Of a stretch of 64,000 nucleotides of DNA, positions 18,310-27,164 are shown one piece after another. The notes beneath the pieces are model-generated. The model did no database searches. It worked only from the letters and a program-made list of their open reading frames with translations, and was not told where the DNA came from. Position 1 is the first letter of the stretch, and each line of letters starts with the position of its first letter. A program made the position numbers and the translations under genes. Source of the stretch: an uncultured Gemmatimonadales bacterium (lineage in GTDB: Bacteria; Gemmatimonadota; Gemmatimonadetes; Longimicrobiales; RSA9); contig OY970192.1 of NCBI GenBank assembly GCA_963708135.1, forward strand, positions 3,776,001 through 3,840,000, in the 5' to 3' direction.

Positions 18310-19041
18310 CTACTCGGAGCGGCTCGCCGCCCGCTCCGGCGTCCAGCGCACCGGCTGCTCGCGCCACAGCGCCGGCAGCTGGCGTTCGAGCGCCCTCAGC
18401 TTCGGCAGGTCGTTGATGACGATGTAGGGCTGGCTCGGGTGGTGGATCAGGTAGTCCTGGTGGTAGGTCTCCGCCGGGTAGAAGCCGCCGAGCGCGTTGA
18501 CCTCCGTCACGATCGGCCGCGAGAACGTCTTCGCCGCGGTGAGCTGCGCGATGTAGGCGCGCGCCGCCCGCGCCTGCTGCGGGGTCGTGTACCAGATCGC
18601 CGAGCGGTACTGCGGGCCGTGGTCCGGCCCCTGGCGGTCGAGCTGCGTGGGGTCGTGCGCGACCGAGAAGAAGACCCGGAGCAGATCGCCGAAGGAGACC
18701 TGGCCGGGATCGTAGACCACGTGCACCGACTCCGCGTGCCCCGTGTCGCCGGTGCTCACCTGAGGGTAGGTGGCGGTGCCCGCCCCACCGCCGGCGTAGC
18801 CCGCCGTGGCGGCGATGACGCCCTTCACATGCTCGAACACCGCCTGCACGCCCCAGAAGCAGCCGCCGGAGAAGACCACGCTCTGCTCGCCCGCACCCGC
18901 CGCGAGCGCCACGTCCGCGGACGGCGCCGGCAGGCTGCCCCGCCCCGGCCCCGCGAAGAGCCCGCGCGCGCCCCCGAGGAGGAGCGTCGCCGCCGCCGCC
19001 ACGCCCAGCACCGCGCTACCTGCCGCCAGCCTGCGATCCAT
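18310..19041 (-). CDS. msrA: Peptide-methionine (S)-S-oxide reductase, exported
   Basis: GGCFWG, GYAGG, TGHAESV, HDPTQLDRQGPD.G.QYRSAI, FYPAETYHQDY; N-terminal signal-like segment. Confidence 0.93.
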   Translation of the reverse strand: MDRRLAAGSAVLGVAAAATLLLGGARGLFAGPGRGSLPAPSADVALAAGAGEQSVVFSGGCFWGVQAVFEHVKGVIAATAGYAGGGAGTATYPQVSTGDTGHAESVHVVYDPGQVSFGDLLRVFFSVAHDPTQLDRQGPDHGPQYRSAIWYTTPQQARAARAYIAQLTAAKTFSRPIVTEVNALGGFYPAETYHQDYLIHHPSQPYIVINDLPKLRALERQLPALWREQPVRWTPERAASRSE

Positions 19042-19227
19042 GACCACGCCCTCCGCTCCGGGGTCTGCCGCGTCTCCGCCTCCCATCCTGAAACCGGGCC
19101 GGCGGGCGGGAGGTTCCACGTGCGGAGGGCCAGGCCCGGTGGAGCTCGTGAAGCGGATCGGGATCGCGGCGTCCGCGGCGGCCGGGGAGGAAGTCGGGGA
19201 CTCCCGGGGTGGGCAGCGTTCGGGAGC

Positions 19228-20445
19228 TCAGCCGTCGTGCAGGAGCAGCCAGGCGACGAGGGCGGCGATCAGGATGCTCGCGCCCAGCCCCGACCACTTG
19301 AGCGTCTGCCAGCCACGCCCGGAGGTCGACCGGGAGCGGGTCCGGCGGATCCCGCCGGCCGTGAGGTCGTACGCCCAGGCGAGGATCACGGCTACCGGCA
19401 GGCCGGCGAGCGTCGTCGCCACGGTGAGCTTGTAGGACCAGTGCGGCAGGTCGAAGGCCTCGAAGACGGTCTGGGCGCCCCCGAGCACCGCCAGCGCGAC
19501 CGCGGTGTACCCGGCGAGCACCTGGTACACCCTGCGGCGCTTGAGCTCGCTCAGGAAGACGGCGAGGGCGCCCTCCGGCGCGGCGGCTCCGCCGGCGGCC
19601 GGCGCACCCCGGAGCGCCTCGGCGATCTCGCGCGCCTGCGGACGCCGCTGCGGCTCCTTGGCGAGACAGCTCTCGATCAGCGCCGCTAGGCGCGGCTCCA
19701 CCTCGGGACGCAGCTCGCGGAGCGGGCGCGGCTCCTGCTGAAGGTGGGCGCTGAGCACCTCCGCGGCGGTGCGGGCCTCGTACGGTCCGCGCCCGGTCAG
19801 CACTTCGTACGCCACGATGCCGAACGCGTAGACGTCGCTCTGCGCGGTCACCGGCTCGCCGCGGATCTGCTCCGGGCTCATGTGCGACGGCTCCCCCATC
19901 CGCACGCCGCCCATGGTCAGCCGCGTCACCGAGCTCGCGCCGGTCTCGAGCAGGGCCGCGATGCCGAAATCGGCGAGCACCGCGCGCCCGGTCCGGTTCT
20001 CGAGGAAGACGTTGTCGAGGCGCACGTCCCGGTGCACGATCCCGCGCTCGTGCGCCGCCGCCAGCGCCGAGGCCACGCCGGCGAGGAGGGTGCGCGCCTC
20101 CGACAGCTCCAGCGCGCCCCGGGCTTCCACGACGTCGCGAATCGTGCGCCCGTCCACGTACTCCAGCACGATGTAGGGGATGTCGTTTGAGAGCCGGCCG
20201 ATGCGGTGGATCACCGTCACGTTCGGATGGGAGATGCGCGCCGCCGACTGCGCCTCCCGCTCGAACCGCTTGCGGGCGACGGGGTCCGCCGCGAGCTGCG
20301 AGCGCAGCACCTTCACGGCCACGAGCCGCTGCAGCGCGGACTCGCGCGCCAGGTACACCTCGGCCGTCGAGCCGCTGCCGAGCGGGCGCAGCAGCTCGAG
20401 CTCGGGCTGGAGCTCCGAAGTCAGGAGATCCTGGACCGTCAACAC
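19228..20445 (-). CDS. Atypical Hanks-type protein kinase with C-terminal 3-TM anchor
   Basis: GSGSTAEV, VAVK, FEREA, HRDVRLDN, DFGIA, GEPSHMSPEQ, SDVY; C-terminal LSELKRRRVY plus three hydrophobic helices. Confidence 0.88.
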   Translation of the reverse strand: MLTVQDLLTSELQPELELLRPLGSGSTAEVYLARESALQRLVAVKVLRSQLAADPVARKRFEREAQSAARISHPNVTVIHRIGRLSNDIPYIVLEYVDGRTIRDVVEARGALELSEARTLLAGVASALAAAHERGIVHRDVRLDNVFLENRTGRAVLADFGIAALLETGASSVTRLTMGGVRMGEPSHMSPEQIRGEPVTAQSDVYAFGIVAYEVLTGRGPYEARTAAEVLSAHLQQEPRPLRELRPEVEPRLAALIESCLAKEPQRRPQAREIAEALRGAPAAGGAAAPEGALAVFLSELKRRRVYQVLAGYTAVALAVLGGAQTVFEAFDLPHWSYKLTVATTLAGLPVAVILAWAYDLTAGGIRRTRSRSTSGRGWQTLKWSGLGASILIAALVAWLLLHDG

Positions 20446-20448
20446 GGG

Positions 20449-21492
20449 CTACTTCACTCCCCTGTCCGCGCGGAACTGGCGGCACTCGATGGACTCGAGC
20501 GTGCGCGCCTTCTCCGTCTGGATCACGAAGTCGCCCCACTGCCCCGAAGGCGCGGCCTCGAACGCGTTCACGTCGTCCACCGGCCGGAGCGACACGATGA
20601 TGGCGCGGGCGTCGGGGAGGTAGGCCTTCAGCTGCTCCGGGATGCCGGTGCCCCGCTCGACGTGGAAGCCGCCCACCATGTGCAGCACGAGGCCGTCCTT
20701 GTGGGCCTTCAGGTACTCGGCGATCGAATGCGCCATGGTGGCGTCCCACAGCACCTGGCTGTCCAGCTGGTTGCCCATCTCGCCGTGACTGCCCACCGGG
20801 GCCGCGGCATGCGCCACCGGCACGCCGCACTTCATCCCTTCCTGCTGCATCACCTCCGAGATCGTGGCGATCCACTGGTCCCGGTAGGCCGGGGAGGCCG
20901 TGCCGTACGGCAGCGGCGGGAGGTAGCCCCGCGCCTCCGGGCCGAGCTGGCCGAGCGCGTCGCGCCCGTGCCGCGCGACCATCGTGACGTAGCGCCTCGG
21001 CGCGTTCGCCGCGATCACCGGCAGGTGGTGCTCCTTCGCGAGCTCGACCAGCGGCCGGTAGTCGGTCCGGTAGCGCGTCCACGGCCGGCTGTCGGCCAGG
21101 AACGACGACTCCGGGATCAGCCCGGCCAGGTACTCGTCGAGCGGAAGCTGCACGTCTCTCTCGAAGAACTCGAGCGAGAGGGCGAGCGGGCGCGTGCCGC
21201 CGCCGCCCTGCGCCGGCGCAGCGTACACCTCCGTGGCGCGCCGGAGCAGCTCGAGCTCGAGCATGTGCCCTGTCGGATCGTCGTGAGTCTCGCCCACGAA
21301 GACCACCTGGACGCCGCCCATCGCCGCCACAATGTCGTCCATCGACGCGGGCCGCCCGGCACCCGTGAAGATGCGGTACGCCCCCGGCGTGTACGCCGTG
21401 TCGGTGGCGGGGGTCGAGGGGTTCTGCGCCCGGACGGGGGCGGCGCCCGCCGGCAGGAGCGCCAGCGCGGCGAGGATCGGATGGCTTCTCAT
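20449..21492 (-). CDS. ChaN-family (haem-binding uptake, TIKI superfamily) exported protein
   Basis: VVFVGETHDD..H..EL.LL, LSLEFFERDVQ..LDEYLAG, DYRPLVE.AK..VIAANAPR, QVLWDATMA, G.FHVE. Confidence 0.82.
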   Translation of the reverse strand: MRSHPILAALALLPAGAAPVRAQNPSTPATDTAYTPGAYRIFTGAGRPASMDDIVAAMGGVQVVFVGETHDDPTGHMLELELLRRATEVYAAPAQGGGGTRPLALSLEFFERDVQLPLDEYLAGLIPESSFLADSRPWTRYRTDYRPLVELAKEHHLPVIAANAPRRYVTMVARHGRDALGQLGPEARGYLPPLPYGTASPAYRDQWIATISEVMQQEGMKCGVPVAHAAAPVGSHGEMGNQLDSQVLWDATMAHSIAEYLKAHKDGLVLHMVGGFHVERGTGIPEQLKAYLPDARAIIVSLRPVDDVNAFEAAPSGQWGDFVIQTEKARTLESIECRQFRADRGVK

Positions 21493-21498
21493 GGCATC

Positions 21499-21507
21499 AT
21501 GATACCA
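21499..21507 (-). promoter_or_regulatory. Extended -10 promoter of the ChaN gene (leaderless spacing)
   Basis: TGG-TATCAT-N6-ATG(21492) on the minus strand; no SD between the -10 and the start. Confidence 0.55.
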
Positions 21508-22521
21508 CAGGCGGGCGCGGGCGGGAACCGGCGCCTTCATCCCAGCCCCTCTTCGATGATCGTCTCGCGCGCGACCTCCTCGACGAGCGGCTCCGGCTCC
21601 ACGATGTGGCGGCGGCGCCAGCGGCCGCGGCGGAACCAGGCGGCGGCGATGAGCGCGGCGGCGACGTTGGACGCAGGGAACGACCAGTAGAGCCCGTCCT
21701 GCGCGAGCGCCGTGCGCTCGGACAGGAGCCACGCCAGCGGGAAGCGGAGCACCCAGAGGGAGACGATCGCGAGGATCATGGCCGCTACGGTGTCGCCTGC
21801 TCCGCGGAACGCGCCGCCGAGCACCTGCTGCACGCCGAGGAAGCCGAAGCTGAGCGCCATGATGCGGATGAAGCGGGCGCCGCTGTCGATCACCTGCGGA
21901 TCGCCGGGGATGAAGAGGGCGGTCACGGGGCGCGCGAGCAGGAAGAGCGCGACGCCCGCGGCGCCGAGAGCCCGAGCGCGCGCACGGACTGCTCGACGGA
22001 GGCCGGCACGCCGAGGTAGAGGATGCGCCGGATCAGCGGCAGGTCGGGCAGGAGATCGCCCCTGCGCAGGTGGATGCCGTAGCGGCCGCTGAAGAGGAGC
22101 AGCACGCCGATGACGGCGGCCAGGCCCTGCGACCCGATCGTCGCCCACGCCGCGCCCGCCACGCCGAGCCGCGGCACGGGCCCGAGGCCGAGGATGAAGA
22201 GCGGATCGAGCCCGAAGTTCAGCACCACCGTGAACGCGACCACGTAGAGCGGCGTGCGCACGTCGCCCACCCCGCGCATGAGCGACTGGAAGACGAAGTA
22301 CGCGAAGACGAAGACCAGCCCGACGAACGAGATCTGCATGTAGGCCACGGCCTCGCGCATGACCACGGGCGTGGCGCCGAACAGCCGCACGAGCGGGGCG
22401 GAGAGGGCATAGCCGAGGATGGACAGCAGCACCGGGATGGCGACGACGGCGCCGAGCGTCTGCGCCGCGACGTGGTCCACCCGCTCCGTGTCGCCGGCGC
22501 CCTAGTACCGCGCCACAGTGG

Positions 22522-23627
22522 TCATGATGCGTAAAGGCGGTGGAGCTTGGATCGCGCATCGGAGACAGTGAAACGCCAGGTGGTGGGAGCTCGGACGGCG
22601 TTGCGGGGGGTCTCCCAGGCGAGGGTCTCGGCCCGCAGCCGGTTGACGTTGTCAAGGCGGCGGTGCAGGCACTGGCGACCGAGGATCGAGATCTCGATTT
22701 CGGCCATGTTGAGCCAGCTCCCGTGCTTGGGCGTGTAATGGAACTCGAGCTTGCGCAGGATACGGCGCGCTTCGGCGGCCTCGAAGGTCTCGTACAGGGC
22801 TGCGCCCGTGTGGCTGCTCAGGTTGTCGAGCACGACGCGGATCTTGTCGGCGTCCGCGCAATGCACGTCGACCAGTGCGCGCATCTGCTGGGCGAAGTCC
22901 GCATTCGTGCGACGGGCGGTGACGTCCACATGCCGCCAGCCTCGCAGCGGCTCCACGAGCAGGAAGAGGTTGGCGGTCCCGCGGCGCACGTACTCGTAGT
23001 CGACGCGTTGGCGCCGACCCGGAGCGGCCGGCACCGGCAGGCGGGTTTCCCCGATGAGCTGGTAGGGCACTTCATCGAAGCACACCACCGGGCGCCGGGG
23101 GTCGTAGGGCTCCTGGTAGAGGTCGAGCACGTCCTCCATGCGGCAGACGAAGTCCCAACTCACCGTCGGGATGCACCACGCTTCCTTCTGCCAGGGCTTC
23201 AGGTCGTTTTTTTTAGAAGCCGTCGGACCGTCTCGTCCGTGATCGCGTCCACCACACGCAACTCGATCAGCTTGTCGGCCAGGAGCTGCATGGTCCAGCG
23301 CACGCGCCCCTCCGGAGGCGCGCTGCACGCCAGCGCGACCAGGAAGGCTTCCTGCTTGCCGTCCAGCAGCCGGGCTTTGCCCGGCCGAGGCCGATCGTTG
23401 AGCGCCCGCTCCAAACCGCCCTCGACGAAGCGCAGCCGCGTGCGCTCCACCGTGCACTTCCCCAGGTGCAGCGCGGCCGCAATCGCCTTGTCGGTCACGC
23501 CCTCGTCGGCCAGCAACAGGATGCGCGCGCGGTTCACCCGGCGCACCCGCGCCTTGCCGCCCTGGAGCAGGCGCTTGAGTTCGGCCCGCTCGTCGTCCGT
23601 GAGGTCCACGATATACTTCTTGGCCAT
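22522..23627 (-). CDS. IS630 transposase (HTH ORF 23199-23627 plus DDE ORF ending 22522, joined by -1 slippage at an A8 run)
   Basis: MAKKYIVDL..RARILLLAD..RWTMQLLA..ETVRRLLKK / NDLKPW..VVCFDE..DYEYVRRGT..VLDNLSSH..HYTPKHGSWLNMAEIE; run at 23207-23214; RBS GAGGAGG. Confidence 0.93.
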
Positions 23628-23664
23628 CTGCCCTCCTCGCTGGGGGTCCGACAAATGGGCCAAC

Positions 23665-23693
23665 AATATAGCACGGAACTTTAGTCCTCACAA
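23665..23693 (-). promoter_or_regulatory. Inward transposase promoter of the IS630 element
   Basis: TTGTGA-N17-TATATT, with TG extended -10. Confidence 0.55.
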
Positions 23694-23864
23694 TCATGAT
23701 GGCTGAGTACTAGTACTGCGCGACCAGGATCGCGCCCGCCACGGCCAGCGATCGGCCCGCTCGTGTAGTCGCGCCGGGCGGCGCCGCGGCGGGGCGGCGA
23801 CGGCGCGCCCCCACCCACCCCCGTCGGATCGCTCGGGGTCTCGCTCATGCGGCCCGCCGCCTCC

Positions 23865-25025
23865 TCATCCCAGCAGCCCCCGCGCCAGGTACGCGATCGC
23901 GATGCCGGCGTAGTTGCCGAGCGCGTTGCCCAGCATCCCCACGGCCACGCCGGGCAGGATCAGCTCCGTGCGCCGGCGCGCGCCGGCCAGCGCCATGGCG
24001 GTCGTCGATCCGCCCACGTTGGCCTGGGACGCGACGGCGAGCACGTCGCCATCGATGCGCAGGGCGAAGCCGATGCCGAAGATGACGAGCCCGTGGATCG
24101 CCACCGTCCCCGCCGCGAACCAGAAGATCGCCGGCCCCACCTGCACAATGTGCGCGATCACGGACTTCGCGCCGTTACTGGCCAGGAAGAGGAGGAGCAG
24201 GAAGTTGCCGATGACGACGCCGCCGGAGAGCCGGCGGATGAGCGGGAGCTGCGCCATCAGCAGCACCACGCTCGTCAGCCAGATGAGCTTCGGCACCGCG
24301 GGCACGAGCGAGGCGAGGATGTCGGAGAGCCACATGATGCCGAGCGTCAGGCTGGCCAGCCCGGCGAAGTCGGTGAGCCTGAGCGCCACCCCGCTGCTCT
24401 GAAGCTGCGCGTCCAGGGCGAACGGGTCGGGCGCCGGCTCGGCGGCTACCGGCGCCGCGAAGGCGGAGCGGGCGCGGTCCGCCGGTCGCCCCCGCCGCGC
24501 GAAGAGCTCCGGGATCACGAGGCACGCCACGAGCCAGACGGCCGTGACGATGACGTCGGCCGCGATGCCGGCGGTGAACAGGTCGCTGCGCGTGCCGAGC
24601 TGCTGGCCGACGGCGGCGAAGTTCATCCCCCCGCCGATGTAGGTGGCCGCGAACTGGCCGGACAGCTTCCAGGCGTCGGGACCGATGCCCGCCATGACCG
24701 CGTACGCCATGATCACCGCGCCCAGCGCCGAGCCCACGGCGCCGATGCCGAACGCGGCCAGCATCGGCGCTCCCGCTTCCCGGATCGAGGACAGGCTGAC
24801 GCTCAGCAGGATCAGGATGATCCCCGCGATCACGGCCCGGCCCAGCATGAAGTCGTAGACCGGCGACTCGCCGGGGATCACGCCGAGGTTCGACAGCGTG
24901 AGCGCGAGCAGGATCGCCGTGGCCGCCGCCCCGATCTTCCGGAACGGCGCCACGTGCGCCTCGAGCCAGAGCGCGGCCAACACCACGGCCGCGAGCGCGA
25001 AGAGCACCAGGACCGGGTTCATCAC
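23865..25025 (-). CDS. DUF819 family integral membrane protein
   Basis: LSNLGVIP..SPVYD, ATYIGGGMNFAAV, VASQANVGGSTTAMALA, GNALGNYAG. Confidence 0.85.
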   Translation of the reverse strand: MMNPVLVLFALAAVVLAALWLEAHVAPFRKIGAAATAILLALTLSNLGVIPGESPVYDFMLGRAVIAGIILILLSVSLSSIREAGAPMLAAFGIGAVGSALGAVIMAYAVMAGIGPDAWKLSGQFAATYIGGGMNFAAVGQQLGTRSDLFTAGIAADVIVTAVWLVACLVIPELFARRGRPADRARSAFAAPVAAEPAPDPFALDAQLQSSGVALRLTDFAGLASLTLGIMWLSDILASLVPAVPKLIWLTSVVLLMAQLPLIRRLSGGVVIGNFLLLLFLASNGAKSVIAHIVQVGPAIFWFAAGTVAIHGLVIFGIGFALRIDGDVLAVASQANVGGSTTAMALAGARRRTELILPGVAVGMLGNALGNYAGIAIAYLARGLLG

Positions 25026-25125
25026 GGCGCCCTCACCCGGAGGCCCCGAACCCCGAGTCCCGAGCCCCGAGCCCCGTGGCCCGGCCGCCGCATCCCGCGT
25101 CCCGCATCTCGCGGCCCCTTCCCAC

Positions 25126-26163
25126 TCAGTACCCGCGCGCCGGGTCGAGCCGGTTCAGCAGCGGCTCGCCGGCCAGGAAGAGGCGCAGGTTACGGCAGAA
25201 GAGGTCCGTGATGCGCTCGTTCTCGCGAACCGAGGTGCTCGCCGAGTGCGGGCTCACGATCACGTTCTCCATCTCCCAGAGCGGGCTCTCCGGCGGCAGC
25301 GGCTCCTCCTCGAACACGTCCAGCCCCGCGCCGAGCAGCGTCCCGGAGCGGAGCGCCGCGACGAGGGCCGCCTCATCGACCAGCGCGCCGCGGCCGATGT
25401 TCACGAGCACCGCGCCGGCCGGGAGCAGCGCCAGCTCGGCCGCGCCGATCATGTGCTCCGTCTCCGGCGTGTGCGGCGCGATCAGCACGAGGTTCTCGGC
25501 CTCGGCCAGCACGTCGCGAAGCCGCGCCGGCCCGTGGAGGGCATCCAGGTGCAGGTCGGCCGGCCGCGCCCCCGCCGGCGAGCGCTTCACGCCGACGACG
25601 CGCATGCCGAACGCCTGCCCGATGCGCGCGACCTCCGTCCCCACCCGCCCCATCCCCACGATCACGAGGGTCCGGTCCTGGAGGTCGGCCCCGGCGAAGC
25701 GCTCCCAGTGCCGACGCCGCTGCTCGCCCAGCATGCGGAGCAGGCCCTTGTGGAACGCGGCCATCACCATGAAGCAGAACTCCGCGAGCGGGCGGGCGTG
25801 CACCCCGCTCGCGGTCGTGATCACCGTGTTCGGCATCGATTCGGCGTACCCCATCCGCCGGACGAGCTCGCCGATGCCCGCGCTCGTCGCCTGGATCCAC
25901 TCGAGCCGCGGCGCGAGCGAGGGCAGCGCGCGCGCGTTCGCGCGGTCGAAGTCGAAGAGGATCTCCGCGCGCGCGAGCAGCCGCCGCCACTCCGCCTCCG
26001 CTTCCGGCGCGCGCGTGACATCGCTACCGCGGTGGTCCGCCGGATACCTGGGCGGCGCCAGCAGCTCCGGGGCGTAGAGCACCTCGAGGCGCGGATCCAC
26101 GCGGCGGATCCGCTCGACGAGCTCGGGCTCGAGGTAGCTGGCAAAGAGGATGGTCCGGGGCAT
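25126..26163 (-). CDS. D-2-hydroxyacid dehydrogenase family protein
   Basis: WIQATSAG, TTASGVHARPLAE, GMGRVG (Rossmann), PHTPET, VNIGRG, GLDVFEEEPLP, SPH. Confidence 0.9.
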   Translation of the reverse strand: MPRTILFASYLEPELVERIRRVDPRLEVLYAPELLAPPRYPADHRGSDVTRAPEAEAEWRRLLARAEILFDFDRANARALPSLAPRLEWIQATSAGIGELVRRMGYAESMPNTVITTASGVHARPLAEFCFMVMAAFHKGLLRMLGEQRRRHWERFAGADLQDRTLVIVGMGRVGTEVARIGQAFGMRVVGVKRSPAGARPADLHLDALHGPARLRDVLAEAENLVLIAPHTPETEHMIGAAELALLPAGAVLVNIGRGALVDEAALVAALRSGTLLGAGLDVFEEEPLPPESPLWEMENVIVSPHSASTSVRENERITDLFCRNLRLFLAGEPLLNRLDPARGY

Positions 26164-26325
26164 CGGCGTGGCAAGATACCCGCTCGGCGCGGCCGGCGCA
26201 TGCCGCTCGGCGTCGGCGCGCGCCGGAGCCGCGGGTCGGAGAAGGTTGCGTGGCGCGCTCGTCGCCGAACATCTTGGCCGCTCGCGCCCCCGCGCGAGCT
26301 CCCCCTGCACGCGAGGTCCCTGCCC

Positions 26326-27104
26326 ATGCGCGCCACATCCGCTCTCGCGCTCCTGCTCCTGCTCGCCGCTCCGCCCCTTGCCGGCCAGGACGCGATCCAC
26401 GCCGATCCGGACTCCACGCGGCTGATCACGAGCGACATCCCGCGCTTCTGGGCCGTGTTCGACCGCGCCACGCTGCGCGACGGCGGCGCGCTGTTCCAGC
26501 ACGCGTACATCGAGGGCGGCAGCCCGGGGCTCCGCGGCTTCCTGGAAGGCCGGATCGTCGCCGGACGGTTTCTCGCGGCCACCGTCGCCTCGCGGCCCCG
26601 CTATTACGCGGCCATCCGGGCGAGCACTCTGGCGCTGGACACCTCGCGGGCGGTGAAGGCGGAGATCCGCAGTCGGTCACGGGCCGCATCCGCGACGTGC
26701 CGCTCATCGTGGCGCACGAGCTCATGCACTGGCAGCAGCCCGCGGAGCCCGAGCACGAGACGCTCCTCGCCCACGCGCTGCGCGAGGGCGGCGCCGACTT
26801 CGTGGCCGAGCTCGTGTCCGGCGGGACGGTGAACCGCGTGCAGCGCGCCTACGGCGATGCGCACCAGGACGCGCTGTGGCAGGAGTTCACGAAGGACATG
26901 GGCGGAACCGACTACAGCCACTGGCTCTACAACGGCAGCAGCGCACGCGACCGGCCCGCCGACCTCGGCTACTACGAGGGCTACCGCATCGCGAAGGCGC
27001 TCTACGACCGCAGCGCCGACAAGCACGCCGCCCTCGTCCGCATCCTGCGCCGGCGGGATGCCGCCGCGATCCTGCGCGACAGCGGCTACGACGGGCGAAA
27101 ATGA
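26326..27104 (+). pseudogene. Secreted DUF2268-type Zn-dependent protease, frameshifted by an apparent internal deletion at ~26670
   Basis: Signal peptide, ITSDIPRFW..YIEGGSPGL..RPRYYAAIR in one frame; IVAHELMH..REGGADFVAEL..WLYN..DLGYYEGYRI in another. Confidence 0.8.
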
Positions 27105-27164
27105 GGTCGCGCCGCGGCTGGACCCGCACCAGCGCCGCGAGCGGGCGCCAGCCGCGCCCGCGGC

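Larger units (their letters stand above)
22505..23710 (-). mobile_element. IS630-family insertion sequence, 1206 bp, flanked by TA duplication at a CTAG site
   Basis: TA at 22503-22504 and 23711-23712. Imperfect terminal inverted repeats GTACCGCGCCACAGTGGTCATGATG / GTACTCAGCCATCATGATTGTGAGG (15/25 identical). Split transposase. Confidence 0.93.
21537..23848 (-). pseudogene. MATE efflux transporter pseudogene (IS630 insertion plus two frameshifting internal deletions)
   Basis: RBS GAGGAGG and ATG 23848, MSETP..RRDYTSGPI | LAVAGAILVAQY | IS | GAGDTERVDHVAAQT..RGVGDVRTPL..LDPLFILG..LGVAGAAWATI..EQSVRALGL | GAAGVALF..FRGAGDT..LRFPLAW. Breaks at ~23750, 22503-23712 and ~21967. Confidence 0.88.

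Noticed and set aside
22522..23697. 391-aa single-ORF transposase
   Set aside because: Its N-terminal part is out of frame; the real HTH region is the 23199-23627 ORF joined by slippage.
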